A stretch of DNA of 46,951 nt from Candidatus Saccharimonadota bacterium (GTDB lineage Bacteria > Patescibacteriota > Saccharimonadia > CAILAD01 > BJGX01). The position numbers were made by a program, and so were the translations under genes. Of this stretch, positions 32,958 to 43,476 are shown in pieces (position 1 is the stretch's first letter; the number at the start of each line of letters is the position of its first letter). A model generated the notes under the pieces. The model made no database searches. It was not told the origin of the DNA and was given only the letters and a program-made list of their open reading frames with translations. The DNA lies in NCBI GenBank assembly GCA_016191105.1, contig JACPPH010000009.1:1-46951 (forward strand). Direction: 5' to 3'.

Positions 32958-33287
32958 CTACAAATGACTGTGTTTTTTGTGCCGCGCCCAGGTTGGACCA
33001 ACTGCTTTCGGGTTCATATAGGCTCGCCCAAAGCCCGAAACAACTAATACAGTGCCGATTAGCACCACTGGGCTATTCTTAACAAATAGTCCAGCCAGAA
33101 CTACTAGCACACCTACCCCGGCCAGTAGCCCTGCCACACCCAGCACATAGTCGACATTTCGGCCAAACATGGGGAAGAAGTGGTCTTTCGGGTGAGGCTG
33201 ACGTTTACCGGTCTCAAGCTGCCAGCCAAACCAAAGCAGCAAAGCTGCCAACAAAAAAATCATAATGGCCGCTATAGCTGTGAACAT
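32958..33287 (-). CDS. Small membrane protein (3 TM)
   Basis: The hydrophobic profile is the only evidence. Confidence 0.45.
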   Translation of the reverse strand: MFTAIAAIMIFLLAALLLWFGWQLETGKRQPHPKDHFFPMFGRNVDYVLGVAGLLAGVGVLVVLAGLFVKNSPVVLIGTVLVVSGFGRAYMNPKAVGPTWARHKKHSHL

Positions 33288-33338
33288 GCCATTATTATCT
33301 CACCCATGGAATAATAGATACAAGCAAAAGAGTTTCTA

Positions 33339-33791
33339 TTAAACCAGCGGGCTGGATGGTGGTGTACCTGCTGAACCGCTAGCAGTGCCTGCAGGGGCTG
33401 TGGCGGTTGTGGCCTGGGTATCTTCGGCGGGCTGTTCAAGGTCTAGTTGAGCCAATTCTTGCACGGCCTGTCTATGTTCGTTTGCTGCGTGTACAAGCTC
33501 TGAAGCCTGAGTGGCAAACTCCGACTTAACCTTATCCATTTCGGCCTGCAATAGGTCGTTATAGTTTGGCACCACCAGGCTAATGTACTGCCAGGCGGCG
33601 GCATCATCGCCTGCTTTTAGAAACTTTTCGAATTCAGCATACTGACTATCACTCATCTGTTTAGACAAAACATCGCTCATGCGAGTTTCTAGTAAATCTG
33701 TAATTGCAGCCACAATGGGCTCTTTTTGTTCTGTGTCCAGGTCACTGAGGCCCAACCCTGCTATGATAGCATCGATATTTTCTTGGTTCAT
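33339..33791 (-). CDS. Acidic helical hypothetical protein
   Basis: This is an open frame with a plausible start. No motif is recognised. Confidence 0.5.
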   Translation of the reverse strand: MNQENIDAIIAGLGLSDLDTEQKEPIVAAITDLLETRMSDVLSKQMSDSQYAEFEKFLKAGDDAAAWQYISLVVPNYNDLLQAEMDKVKSEFATQASELVHAANEHRQAVQELAQLDLEQPAEDTQATTATAPAGTASGSAGTPPSSPLV

Positions 33792-33826
33792 CGTTTCTCC
33801 TTATGCTTATTCTAACACATCAACGG

Positions 33827-35107
33827 CTAGCCGGCGGCCCCTTGCTGTTGTTGGCCAGAATTACTTAATCGTTCAGCCCCTTGTCTCAACCCCCTGCCGA
33901 CACTCTCAGCAACTCTTGCAGCACCACGCATTAACAAGCCAACTGATCGCCTCATAAAGCCCTTGAACACATTGCCTTTCTGACTCAACTGGCTGTTCTC
34001 TTTTTCTCTGGTTTTGTTTAAGTTGTCGAGCATTACATCGAGTCGATTTTTGTTCAGTTCGGCTGCCTTCTCTATAGACTTAATTAACTGATCTCTTCGC
34101 TCTAATACTCCCTGTATTCGCTCCTGGGTGTCTTGTTTTAGTTGCTCGCCTTGTTTTGCGACCTCTGCCTGTTCGGCCTTAATACCGGCCTTAAACTTAT
34201 CAGATAGATCCATCTCTCTGGCGTTAGCCAGCATACCCTTCAATGTTTCTGTTTTTTTATCAAGCTTAGCCCGAGCATCGGCGGCCTGCTCTAGAATTTT
34301 CGCAATCATTTCTTTGGCCATTCTTTCGACCTGGGCTTTTTGCTGTTCTGCTTTTTCACGGACTCGTTCTTTTTCGGCCTGAATCTCTGCCCTGGCCCTA
34401 CGCTCCTGTCGTTCCTGGCTCCGTTCCGTGGCGCGCGCCTCTAGTTTTTGGTCTAGATTTTTGTAACTTTCTTGTATGTTTTCGATGGCATTTTTGGCAT
34501 TGCCCCTTAAGCGCTCGCCTGCTTTTGCACCAAGACCTACACCAGCTAGTAGGGCGTTTTTGCCAGCCTCTTTAAGTCTAGGTAAAATGTTACGTCCTCG
34601 TTCAGTTAAGTTAGCCTTGGCCTCCTTGGCCTTATCTTTTGCTGACTGCAAAACCTCGCTTCCTTTATTGCGGATAGCTTCTCGCTTTTCGGCGACAGAC
34701 TTTTTAGCGTTCTCGTATTTTTCCTTGCCTGCGCTGCCCAGTCTCTCAGCAGCGTTACGCCCCTGCTCTGCAGTGCGGCCCATAAACCTTTTTAGCTCAA
34801 TGCCCTTGGCTGTCAACTGCCCTTTAGCGAACTCGGCAGATGTACTCAAATTTTGTCGAAATTCAGAGGCCTTTTTTGTAAAGGCCTCGGACTTAGCCTT
34901 AACAAATTCACCGCTAGCCTGTCTGGCACCTCCAAGCATTTCTTTGGCGCCGCTTTTAATCAAGTCCTTGCCAAGACCTACTCTTTCTTGGCCACTCATA
35001 CCATTCTCGGCCCGATTGGCACTTGCAATAGATTTTAGATCTTCGAGCGTGCCAGGTTTATATGACGACTCGGATCCTTTTGCTGGGCTTCTTGTTTCTG
35101 CAGGCAT
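33827..35107 (-). CDS. K/E/A/R-rich coiled-coil-like hypothetical protein (426 aa)
   Basis: It is a long open frame of low-complexity charged helical sequence. Confidence 0.55.
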   Translation of the reverse strand: MPAETRSPAKGSESSYKPGTLEDLKSIASANRAENGMSGQERVGLGKDLIKSGAKEMLGGARQASGEFVKAKSEAFTKKASEFRQNLSTSAEFAKGQLTAKGIELKRFMGRTAEQGRNAAERLGSAGKEKYENAKKSVAEKREAIRNKGSEVLQSAKDKAKEAKANLTERGRNILPRLKEAGKNALLAGVGLGAKAGERLRGNAKNAIENIQESYKNLDQKLEARATERSQERQERRARAEIQAEKERVREKAEQQKAQVERMAKEMIAKILEQAADARAKLDKKTETLKGMLANAREMDLSDKFKAGIKAEQAEVAKQGEQLKQDTQERIQGVLERRDQLIKSIEKAAELNKNRLDVMLDNLNKTREKENSQLSQKGNVFKGFMRRSVGLLMRGAARVAESVGRGLRQGAERLSNSGQQQQGAAG

Positions 35108-35165
35108 ATTAGTAAATATTAGCTAAAACCACTATACCATAAGCATTATGAGACATAAATAACGC

Positions 35166-35801
35166 TTAAGGCTTAACGACAGGCCAGCGAAAGTTAGGAT
35201 TAGCTTTGATCAGACTAGACCATTGCCAAACGGCTTGCAGCCACAGCCTACGCTCGACCACCTTGATTCTTTCGTGCAAACTATCGACGGTATCACCACG
35301 CAAAACTTTAACCTCTTCTTGAAACAAATAGGGCTGGCCATCGACATCGGCACTAGCTACGTGAATAGTGGTGCCCGAAACTTTAACTTTGTCCTTAATT
35401 TGTGGGGGCACTGCATGGCCTATGCCCTTATAAGCTGGCAATAATGCCGGATGGCTGTTGAGTACTCTGCCGTAAAAGTTTTTTGGAGTAAAGAAAGAGG
35501 CATCAAGAATTGTATCCCAACCCGCCAATATAGCCCCGTCTACCTTATTTTTATGCAAAACTTCAGCAACCGCCTTAGTGAATGCTTTGCGGTCCAGTTT
35601 GGCTTTTTTAGGTATGTAACCATAATCTTGCCGGCTCACTACAACAGCCTTAACTTCGTGTTTTGGCGCAACTTTATCAACTGCCTTGCACGGCTGATCG
35701 GCAACCATAAGCTTAACTGGCAATCCGGCTTTTAATATGGCGTCAGCCAGGGTGCCACTGCCACTTACTAACACTGCAAACTTTGGCTGGTACTTAGACA
35801 T
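35166..35801 (-). CDS. purN: Phosphoribosylglycinamide formyltransferase
   Basis: It has FAVLVSGSGT, VLNSHPALLP and GTTIHV...D motifs, and overlaps purM by 8 nt. Confidence 0.85.
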   Translation of the reverse strand: MSKYQPKFAVLVSGSGTLADAILKAGLPVKLMVADQPCKAVDKVAPKHEVKAVVVSRQDYGYIPKKAKLDRKAFTKAVAEVLHKNKVDGAILAGWDTILDASFFTPKNFYGRVLNSHPALLPAYKGIGHAVPPQIKDKVKVSGTTIHVASADVDGQPYLFQEEVKVLRGDTVDSLHERIKVVERRLWLQAVWQWSSLIKANPNFRWPVVKP

Positions 35802-36927
35802 TAAACTCCAACTTCTCGCCCTTGTTGTAGTAACCGGTGCTGGTTATAGTTAGACCTTTTTGTGGCACCACCTCACCAATAACTTTGGCCTTCAATTTAT
35901 GGCTTTTAGCTATTTCGATGGCTTTATCTGGCTCGGGCGTAACTATCACCATCCCCTGGCCCATGTGCCACGTGCGGTAAGCCTCGCGATCGCTCACGCC
36001 GCCCAGTTGCTGACAATGTAACATTAGCTCAACTGGTGTATACGGATCGTATATAGCAGCACCCAGGCCACTTGGCCTTAGAGCCCGCTCCAGTTTAGAT
36101 GGCAAGCCACCACCCGTAACATTGGCTAGGGCATGTAGTCCGGCTTTGGCTGGGTTAGTTTTTTGCCAACCCCCAGACATATCTACAACTGCGGCCGAAT
36201 AGATAGTTGAAGGCGCCAGTGCCAAATCAATTAGCTTCTTGCCCCTCAGCCTTTTCTTGTGCCAGTCTGGCCCGACTTTGCTGTTAAGGATTTTGCGAAT
36301 CAACGATATGCCATTCGAGCGCAGGCTGGTTTCTTGCAAACCCACGATGGCGTCACCTGGCTTAACCTTGTGGCCGGTAATTAGTTTGCTCTTATGCGCA
36401 AACCACACCAGCGCCGCACCCCAGTTCAAGCTAAAATCTTTGCTCGCCCCCACACGATTACCGAGCTGGGCAATTTCGCCATTCACGATGGCCACATTGG
36501 CGGCCTTGGCGGCTTTTACATAGCCTTCCGTAAGTTGTTTAACATAAATCAAGCGGCTGTCGTCTTCGCCCAGGGTATTTACGTCGATTATAGAGCCGGC
36601 TATCACTGGCTCACCGCCACGAATCACAGCGTCGTCGCAAACCATAGCTAACAAATCAAAGGCCAAGGTATCGTAGCGTTTGGCTTTGTCGGCAAACTCA
36701 GCCTTGGTGCCCACGCCGTCGAAACCTAGGTTCATTAAGGTGCCCGCCGGCAATTTGCCAGCATCAATAGCCCGAATGCCCGAAAAGTCATCGAACGGCA
36801 ATACAACTTCGCCTAAGATTCCCTCTCGGTTTCTCCAGGTTTTGCGCGCTGCTTTGTACAGCAGCTCGGCAGCTTTTTCTTCGACATCTACATCTACCCC
36901 CGCTCCGGCGTAAGTCATACGCTTCAT
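35794..36927 (-). CDS. purM: Phosphoribosylformylglycinamidine cyclo-ligase (AIR synthetase)
   Basis: It has YAGAGVDVD, GFDGVGTK, DDAVIRGGEP and the PurM C-terminal domain. Confidence 0.85.
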   Translation of the reverse strand: MKRMTYAGAGVDVDVEEKAAELLYKAARKTWRNREGILGEVVLPFDDFSGIRAIDAGKLPAGTLMNLGFDGVGTKAEFADKAKRYDTLAFDLLAMVCDDAVIRGGEPVIAGSIIDVNTLGEDDSRLIYVKQLTEGYVKAAKAANVAIVNGEIAQLGNRVGASKDFSLNWGAALVWFAHKSKLITGHKVKPGDAIVGLQETSLRSNGISLIRKILNSKVGPDWHKKRLRGKKLIDLALAPSTIYSAAVVDMSGGWQKTNPAKAGLHALANVTGGGLPSKLERALRPSGLGAAIYDPYTPVELMLHCQQLGGVSDREAYRTWHMGQGMVIVTPEPDKAIEIAKSHKLKAKVIGEVVPQKGLTITSTGYYNKGEKLEFNV

Positions 36928-36942
36928 AATCGTTATTGTAAC

Positions 36943-37660
36943 TTAAAACTTCGACTTAATATAGTTCATACCGATTGCTCTAAACAAAGGGTTGAAATTG
37001 CTAGTAATTGCTTTTTGACCATTCACAAAACTAACAATTGTGTGGAAGTAAATGTTTGGCAAACTTGGATCGTTGGCCGACCTAACTCTCATCTCAGCTG
37101 TGAAGGCGATGGTGGCTGGAATCACTTTCTCCTCATCAGCATTTATAAAAACTCGCTTGCTGCTAATGAGTTTGTTTACCTCGACCTTATCGCCTCGATT
37201 CAAAGCTCATGCCAACTTTTGAGCATTCGGCCAAATCTTCGACCATGCCAAGACCATTAACTATATGGTTATGAATTTTCTTGTCGCTACCGGTGTAAAT
37301 AGCAGCACCGAAGTCAGCAATAATGCCAGTGCGTTGCCAAAAAGGCGACACGTGAAACAGCCCTACGGTTTCTTTTTCGAAGTTGTACTTTGGACTTGGC
37401 CAATACTTCTCAGGCCGTAGGCTATCAAAACGCGTTCTTTCGTATTTCTCGCCTGGGTTGCCAAACAACACGACCACACCATTTGGTGGTGGGTCGTACC
37501 AACCTTTCGATGCACTTTTAATTTTATCTAGACCCGAAATAATCCCTTTTGCGGCTCGGGATTCGCTTTTGCCTTCGGCTCGACTTAAAGCATCAGCAAC
37601 AATACTCGATGCTTGCTTGCGTAGTTCTAGGCAGCTTTGGATTGCATTCATTGTGGCCAT
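36943..37660 (-). pseudogene. M24 (MetAP/creatinase-fold)-like gene split into two frames (37187-37660 and 36943-37203)
   Basis: IIADFGAAIYTGSDKK, NGLG, IAFTAEM and YFHTIV are colinear with the MetAP motifs D97/D108, HGIG, TIEP and YEHT. The two frames overlap only at 37187-37208. Confidence 0.45.
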
Positions 37661-37682
37661 TGTAGCGCAAAAAATAATTCCC

Positions 37683-37719
37683 AAAAAGCACTCGGGCCCG
37701 GGGACGAATCCCCGGGCCC
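37683..37719 (-). terminator. Rho-independent terminator closing the tRNA-Ala islet
   Basis: The perfect 11-bp stem is gggcccgggga-cgaa-tccccgggccc, followed on the minus strand by GAGTGCTTTTT. Confidence 0.7.
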
Positions 37720-37747
37720 TACTCGGATTTTGATTGAACCAGTGGCG

Positions 37748-38110
37748 CTACCGATTGCGATGATCCCGAGACTCTCGGTCCACATCAAGGCCGATTACAT
37801 CAACCAGGTGGTCGGGATCTAGAACAATGGACGATAGGCCAGCAGGATTGATACGAACCCCTTCGTCGGTTGCTGAAACAGCTTCGATCCAAGCCAGATT
37901 CCGGCTCAGAATGACCACAGAACCCACCTTGAGATCAGCGGCCCTGATGCTTTCTTGGGTGAGCACCATTTCGTCGTGGGATGTCCACCGCTTACCACAG
38001 CTTGTGCACTGTCTACGACGGCGCTTGTGACCATCGGCGGTTCTTCGTGTCTCGAGCACATTCGACACCGTCTGGCAGTTGGGACAGAACCTATCTAGCA
38101 CAACTTTCAT
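37748..38110 (-). CDS. NrdR-like zinc-ribbon protein without an ATP-cone (120 aa)
   Basis: CPNCQTVSNVLETRRTADGHKRRRRQCTSCGKRWTSHDE matches the NrdR N-terminal pattern CPxC...V..(S/T)R...RRRRxCxxCxxR(F/W)T. The C-terminal 70 aa are unrelated to the ATP-cone. Confidence 0.65.
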   Translation of the reverse strand: MKVVLDRFCPNCQTVSNVLETRRTADGHKRRRRQCTSCGKRWTSHDEMVLTQESIRAADLKVGSVVILSRNLAWIEAVSATDEGVRINPAGLSSIVLDPDHLVDVIGLDVDRESRDHRNR

Positions 38111-38122
38111 CTCACCCCATCC

Positions 38123-38626
38123 TCAGAGTCGAGTGTCTGGTTCGAGCCAGATCACATAGTTGATGTTCTTGATCTGTGCACCCCTAGCTTCGTGAAGAGC
38201 ACGTGATTTCGTGTTCCACCCCCACACATTGGTCTCGATCGAATCGATACCTAGTGTGCGAAAGTGCTTCTTGGTGGCTTCCACCATGGCCTTGCCCACT
38301 CCCTGCCGGCGCTTGACTGGTCGAACCCATTCGGCTTCGATGTAGCCGTAGTCATGATCGGGCCAACCGGGCTTGTCGCGAGTGTGATGCACTGAGAGGT
38401 GGATAATGCCGACAGCTTTGTCTTCTAGAAAAGCCAACAGCAACCACTGTTCGGGGTCGGCCAGCACCTCGCGCACGTACGCTTCGTCACGCGGCCTGGC
38501 TGGCGGTGCTTGCCATGGTTCACACTGCAACACGTGCCAGTCAGCGAAGTCGGTCAGTAAGCGCGAACACAGCAAGATCGTGGCCTGCGACGCATCGCGC
38601 GGCACTTCTTCTACCTTGATAGCCAT
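38123..38626 (-). CDS. GNAT acetyltransferase (167 aa; AAC(6')-like or toxin-like)
   Basis: It has YIEAEWVRPVKRRQGVGKAMV (acetyl-CoA motif A) and NTKSRALHEARG. GGAGGGTGAG lies upstream of the ATG at 38626. The gene is G+C-rich. Confidence 0.75.
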   Translation of the reverse strand: MAIKVEEVPRDASQATILLCSRLLTDFADWHVLQCEPWQAPPARPRDEAYVREVLADPEQWLLLAFLEDKAVGIIHLSVHHTRDKPGWPDHDYGYIEAEWVRPVKRRQGVGKAMVEATKKHFRTLGIDSIETNVWGWNTKSRALHEARGAQIKNINYVIWLEPDTRL

Positions 38627-38628
38627 TT

Positions 38629-38707
38629 GTCTCACCCTCCCTTGGCAAGAAAGGTGAGGGACGTTCCATCTCACCTCCCCGCTCCCATACAGAGAGGCGA
38701 GATGGAA
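38629..38707 (-). promoter_or_regulatory. Leader with mutually exclusive hairpins, one of which sequesters the SD of the GNAT gene
   Basis: On the plus strand: ctcacc at 38631-36 (complement of the SD), aggtgag at 38652-58, ctcacct at 38670-76, ttccatctc at 38664-72 and gagatggaa at 38699-707. Confidence 0.45.
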
Positions 38708-38729
38708 TCGCACTTATTTAAACATGTGT

Positions 38730-38759
38730 AAACAAGAATAGAAAGCTTGAGCTTTCTAT
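38730..38759 (-). terminator. Terminator downstream of tRNA-Ala
   Basis: The perfect 9-bp stem is atagaaagc-ttga-gctttctat, followed on the minus strand by TCTTGTTT. Confidence 0.6.
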
Positions 38760-38772
38760 AAATAATAACTTA

Positions 38773-38849
<77 letters not shown>

Positions 38850-38891
38850 TCAATAGCAACTAATTTTAACCTGAAAATCGCCAAAAATCAA

Positions 38892-39098
38892 CTAGAATAG
38901 CTTAAACAGCATATTTATGCCATACACTATCAGCACCAGAATTAGGGTGGCGGCAGCAAAGCCAATAAAAAAGCCAAATCCCAACCTAAAACCATCCCTA
39001 TAGCTAAGCCTAGCTGGGTTTTCGATCTCGGCAGTTTTGATCTCTTTCTTAAAAAAGTCGTCGGCTTTTTTGGCTCGTTTGTCTTTGGATTCGTCCAT
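38892..39098 (-). CDS. Small single-TM protein (68 aa)
   Basis: It has a charged N-terminus and one C-terminal hydrophobic helix. Confidence 0.45.
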   Translation of the reverse strand: MDESKDKRAKKADDFFKKEIKTAEIENPARLSYRDGFRLGFGFFIGFAAATLILVLIVYGINMLFKLF

Positions 39099-39149
39099 AC
39101 TAGTTAAGTATAAAGTATGATGGATGAAGTATAAAGTTTATTGTTCGAA

Positions 39150-39169
39150 CCTGCCTGCCGGCAGGTAGG
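39150..39169. repeat. Intergenic palindrome CCTGCCTGCCGGCAGGTAGG
   Basis: It has a 12-nt perfect core cctgccggcagg (39154-39165). Confidence 0.5.
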
Positions 39170-39218
39170 CGAAGTGAGAACTAATAGTTCTCGATAAACC
39201 TCGAACGGTAAAGATCCA

Positions 39219-39233
39219 GATCCTGAATCAAGT

Positions 39234-39243
<10 letters not shown>
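39219..39243. repeat. Short hairpin element ending in CAGGATGAC; it overlaps the stop of the rsmC-like gene
   Basis: The sequence is gatcctgaa-tcaag-ttcaggatgac, with a perfect 8-bp stem. Confidence 0.55.
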
Positions 39244-41104
<1,861 letters not shown>

Positions 41105-41138
41105 CTAGATCCGTTCTTGCCCTTTAGGAGGCAGCAAC

Positions 41139-41609
41139 ATGCAGTCCATAAAGAGAGGCTTCGGGACTGAGGTCAAAGTGCTTCGGTGGGAAGACTTGCC
41201 CTGGATCGACCAGGTAACGCCTGGGAAATTCAGCTGGCTCAAGAGTTTCGGTGGTGAGGACGTGCGAACCGGCCAGTTACTGCCTCTAGGCAGTGATCTG
41301 GTCGCTCTGCTAATGACTACACCACTGGTCATAGCCGTCGACATAACGCAAGACCCCAACAACCTTTCCATAAGGTTCGGGGTCAAGATCGAGGGTCGGG
41401 GTGTCTATACCGCTAAGGACAGTGGCTTTCCATTGATCGAGGACTCGATCGATGAGGCCATCGCGATCGTTGAACTGTTCGGCGAATCTGGTCGGTTGGA
41501 GGCTTACGTCACCGAGAATCCAGCGACATCGGCCGAAAAGTGGGTAGGAGCTTACGCCGCCAGCAACGAGTCCGCTCGGCAAGGGGCTCAAGGATGGCGC
41601 CATGGGTAG
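41139..41609 (+). CDS. Hypothetical protein (156 aa), GC-rich islet
   Basis: TAGGAGG lies 7 nt upstream of the ATG. The codon bias is G+C-rich, and no family is recognised. Confidence 0.6.
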   Translation: MQSIKRGFGTEVKVLRWEDLPWIDQVTPGKFSWLKSFGGEDVRTGQLLPLGSDLVALLMTTPLVIAVDITQDPNNLSIRFGVKIEGRGVYTAKDSGFPLIEDSIDEAIAIVELFGESGRLEAYVTENPATSAEKWVGAYAASNESARQGAQGWRHG

Positions 41610-41865
41610 CACCGAAGTCGGCGACCGCTGGAAGGAGTTCGTGCGCGGATCTCTCGCCCCCATCGTTCGCGATGAGGCGCGTATCTCCGACCCGGAGTCC
41701 ATTCGGCAAGTTCTGACTGGGGCCTTGGCCCCGCTCCGGCGAGCCGTCGAAATCGTGCCCGGCCCCTACCTGGTGGCACCAAGTGTTATCGAGGGTCTAG
41801 TTCGGACCTACATCACAACAGGCTCGATAGACCCGCTCCTCGAGGAGCTCTCACCCCGAGGATGA
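41602..41865 (+). CDS. Hypothetical protein (87 aa), overlapping the previous ORF by 8 nt
   Basis: The ATG at 41602 lies inside CGCCATGGGTAG. The ORF is G+C-rich, and no family is recognised. Confidence 0.5.
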   Translation: MGSTEVGDRWKEFVRGSLAPIVRDEARISDPESIRQVLTGALAPLRRAVEIVPGPYLVAPSVIEGLVRTYITTGSIDPLLEELSPRG

Positions 41866-41908
41866 GCTACAAGCCCACCCAACCCGCCCCCGAAAGGGTT
41901 CGCAACCA

Positions 41909-41937
41909 AGCGAGCCCCTTTGGGGGCTTTCGCGTTT
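41909..41937 (+). terminator. GC-rich hairpin plus GTTTT after the islet genes
   Basis: The sequence is gcgagcccc-tttg-ggggctttcgc, followed by gtttt. Confidence 0.45.
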
Positions 41938-41954
41938 TACCAACTTTTGTAGCC

Positions 41955-41997
41955 AAAAAAGAGCCCCGGACTTTTCGCAAGGGCTCTTTGTTTTTTT
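41955..41997. terminator. Bidirectional terminator (A-run, AGAGCCC/GGGCTCT stem, T-run)
   Basis: The sequence is aaaaaagagccccggacttttcgcaagggctctttgttttttt. It serves the plus-strand islet and the minus-strand LysM-CHAP gene. Confidence 0.6.
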
Positions 41998-42005
41998 GTT
42001 TTACT

Positions 42006-43376
42006 TTAATAAATGTATAAGAATTGACTAGCTGGGGCTGTACGCCAGGTTACGCGGTTCCAAGCACCATTAAAGTTCATCTCCGATACAGTTATAGTGC
42101 CGTCACCATTAACCGATTCCACATAGGCTACATGGTTGATGTTTCTTTGATCCCAGGCTATTGCGCCTGCACGAGGTGCGCTACCAGTAGCAAAGCCACT
42201 GGCCCCCGCCCGGCCATACCAATACCGAGCATCACCCCAGCCATTTGGTACATTGCGGCGACTGGCTACATAGTAGGTACAATAACCATATGCGTAGCCA
42301 TTGTTCAAGCTACCGCTGCCGCTTAGGCTAGGTAGGGTAATCTTGCTAGCAAAGGTGGGGGCTGGTGTGGCTGTAGCTGGAGCTGACGCAGCAACTAAAG
42401 CTGGGGCAGCTTGAATTACGCCATCGGGGATTATCAACTGAACACCAGCCAACGGAGCCTTGCCCTCAAGGTTGTTGTAGCTATCGATCATGGCAGCATT
42501 GGCTTGATATTTGGCTGCTAGCTGGCCAATGTCTTCGCCGCCAGTAGCAGTTAGCAATACGCCATTAACCGGCAAGATGGTTAACTTATCGCCAGGCTTA
42601 ACACTATTTTCATCACTTATACCATTGACCCACTTAAGGGTGTTGCTAGTAATGTTAAACTTTTGAGCCAGGCTACTGAGGGTATCGCCATCTTTAACAG
42701 TATAAGAACTAATGGTCCGCGGACCCTCGGCGGTGAGAACTGGAGATTTCTTGGTCAAGAAATCATCGGCGGCAGTATTTAGAGCCACCTGAGAGTTCAT
42801 ATCTTGGGCTTTTTGACTAACGGCTTGAGCAACCACACCCTGGCTATCGGCCGCCAAAACTGCACCAGTGGCAATCTCGGAGCTTTGGTCGCCAGAACCA
42901 ACGTTTTGCCCACCCGATGTAATCAAAGCCAGCTTGGGCTGGGTGGCGACTTTGCCTACCAACACCAATGCCAAAGCTAGGCCAAGCAGACTAGAGTGAA
43001 CACCTAGACGTAAAACTATTGATTTTTTTTCGGTCTTATTAAATACGAGCGAGCGAACTCGGTCGCGTAATTTTTTCTTGGCTTGTGTATATGTGGCCGG
43101 TTGTTGGCCAGAGCTTTGAGTTTTTGTTTGAGAAAAGGTTTGGAACTGCCCCACACCTACGAATGACTCGCGGCGCACTTCAAGAGGCAAACCGAGGACT
43201 TTTCTACTAATAAAGAACTCCTTTTTCTCGGTAAGCGAGAATTTTGACTGTTGGTTTATCTGTCTCCACCATATCAGCGGACCGGAGATGTTCGACCTTT
43301 TATAAGTTAAGATCTCCTGATCTGATAAGTACCAGCAGGCAACATTATTTTTGGATTTAGTTACACCACTCCACAC
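42006..43376 (-). CDS. Membrane-anchored peptidoglycan hydrolase (2 LysM domains plus a C-terminal CHAP domain)
   Basis: It has YTVKDGDTLSSLAQKFNIT (LysM), a second LysM-like repeat, and CHAP GYCTYYV (Cys) and NHVAYVES (His). The start is uncertain (GTG at 43376). Confidence 0.8.
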   Translation of the reverse strand: MWSGVTKSKNNVACWYLSDQEILTYKRSNISGPLIWWRQINQQSKFSLTEKKEFFISRKVLGLPLEVRRESFVGVGQFQTFSQTKTQSSGQQPATYTQAKKKLRDRVRSLVFNKTEKKSIVLRLGVHSSLLGLALALVLVGKVATQPKLALITSGGQNVGSGDQSSEIATGAVLAADSQGVVAQAVSQKAQDMNSQVALNTAADDFLTKKSPVLTAEGPRTISSYTVKDGDTLSSLAQKFNITSNTLKWVNGISDENSVKPGDKLTILPVNGVLLTATGGEDIGQLAAKYQANAAMIDSYNNLEGKAPLAGVQLIIPDGVIQAAPALVAASAPATATPAPTFASKITLPSLSGSGSLNNGYAYGYCTYYVASRRNVPNGWGDARYWYGRAGASGFATGSAPRAGAIAWDQRNINHVAYVESVNGDGTITVSEMNFNGAWNRVTWRTAPASQFLYIY

Positions 43377-43476
43377 TTCGGATAATGGTTATCCTTAACA
43401 ATGGTACGTTGTGTAGTCTAGCATGCACCAAATGAGGCGTCAACTAGATTATTTTGCCTTTGTAAAAGCCAAAATG

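Noticed and set aside
37690-37745. A direct repeat of the tRNA-Ala 3' end at the far border of the 37.7-38.7 kb islet (att site).
   Set aside because: Only a trivial GAACC match to the tRNA T-arm was found. The claim of tRNA-targeted integration therefore rests on position alone.
38627-38713. N-terminal extension of the GNAT ORF (the track start at 38713).
   Set aside because: The internal ATG at 38626 has a strong GGAGGGTGAG SD. The extension (MRFHLASLYGSGEVRWNVPHLSCQGRVRQ) coincides with a hairpin-rich leader.
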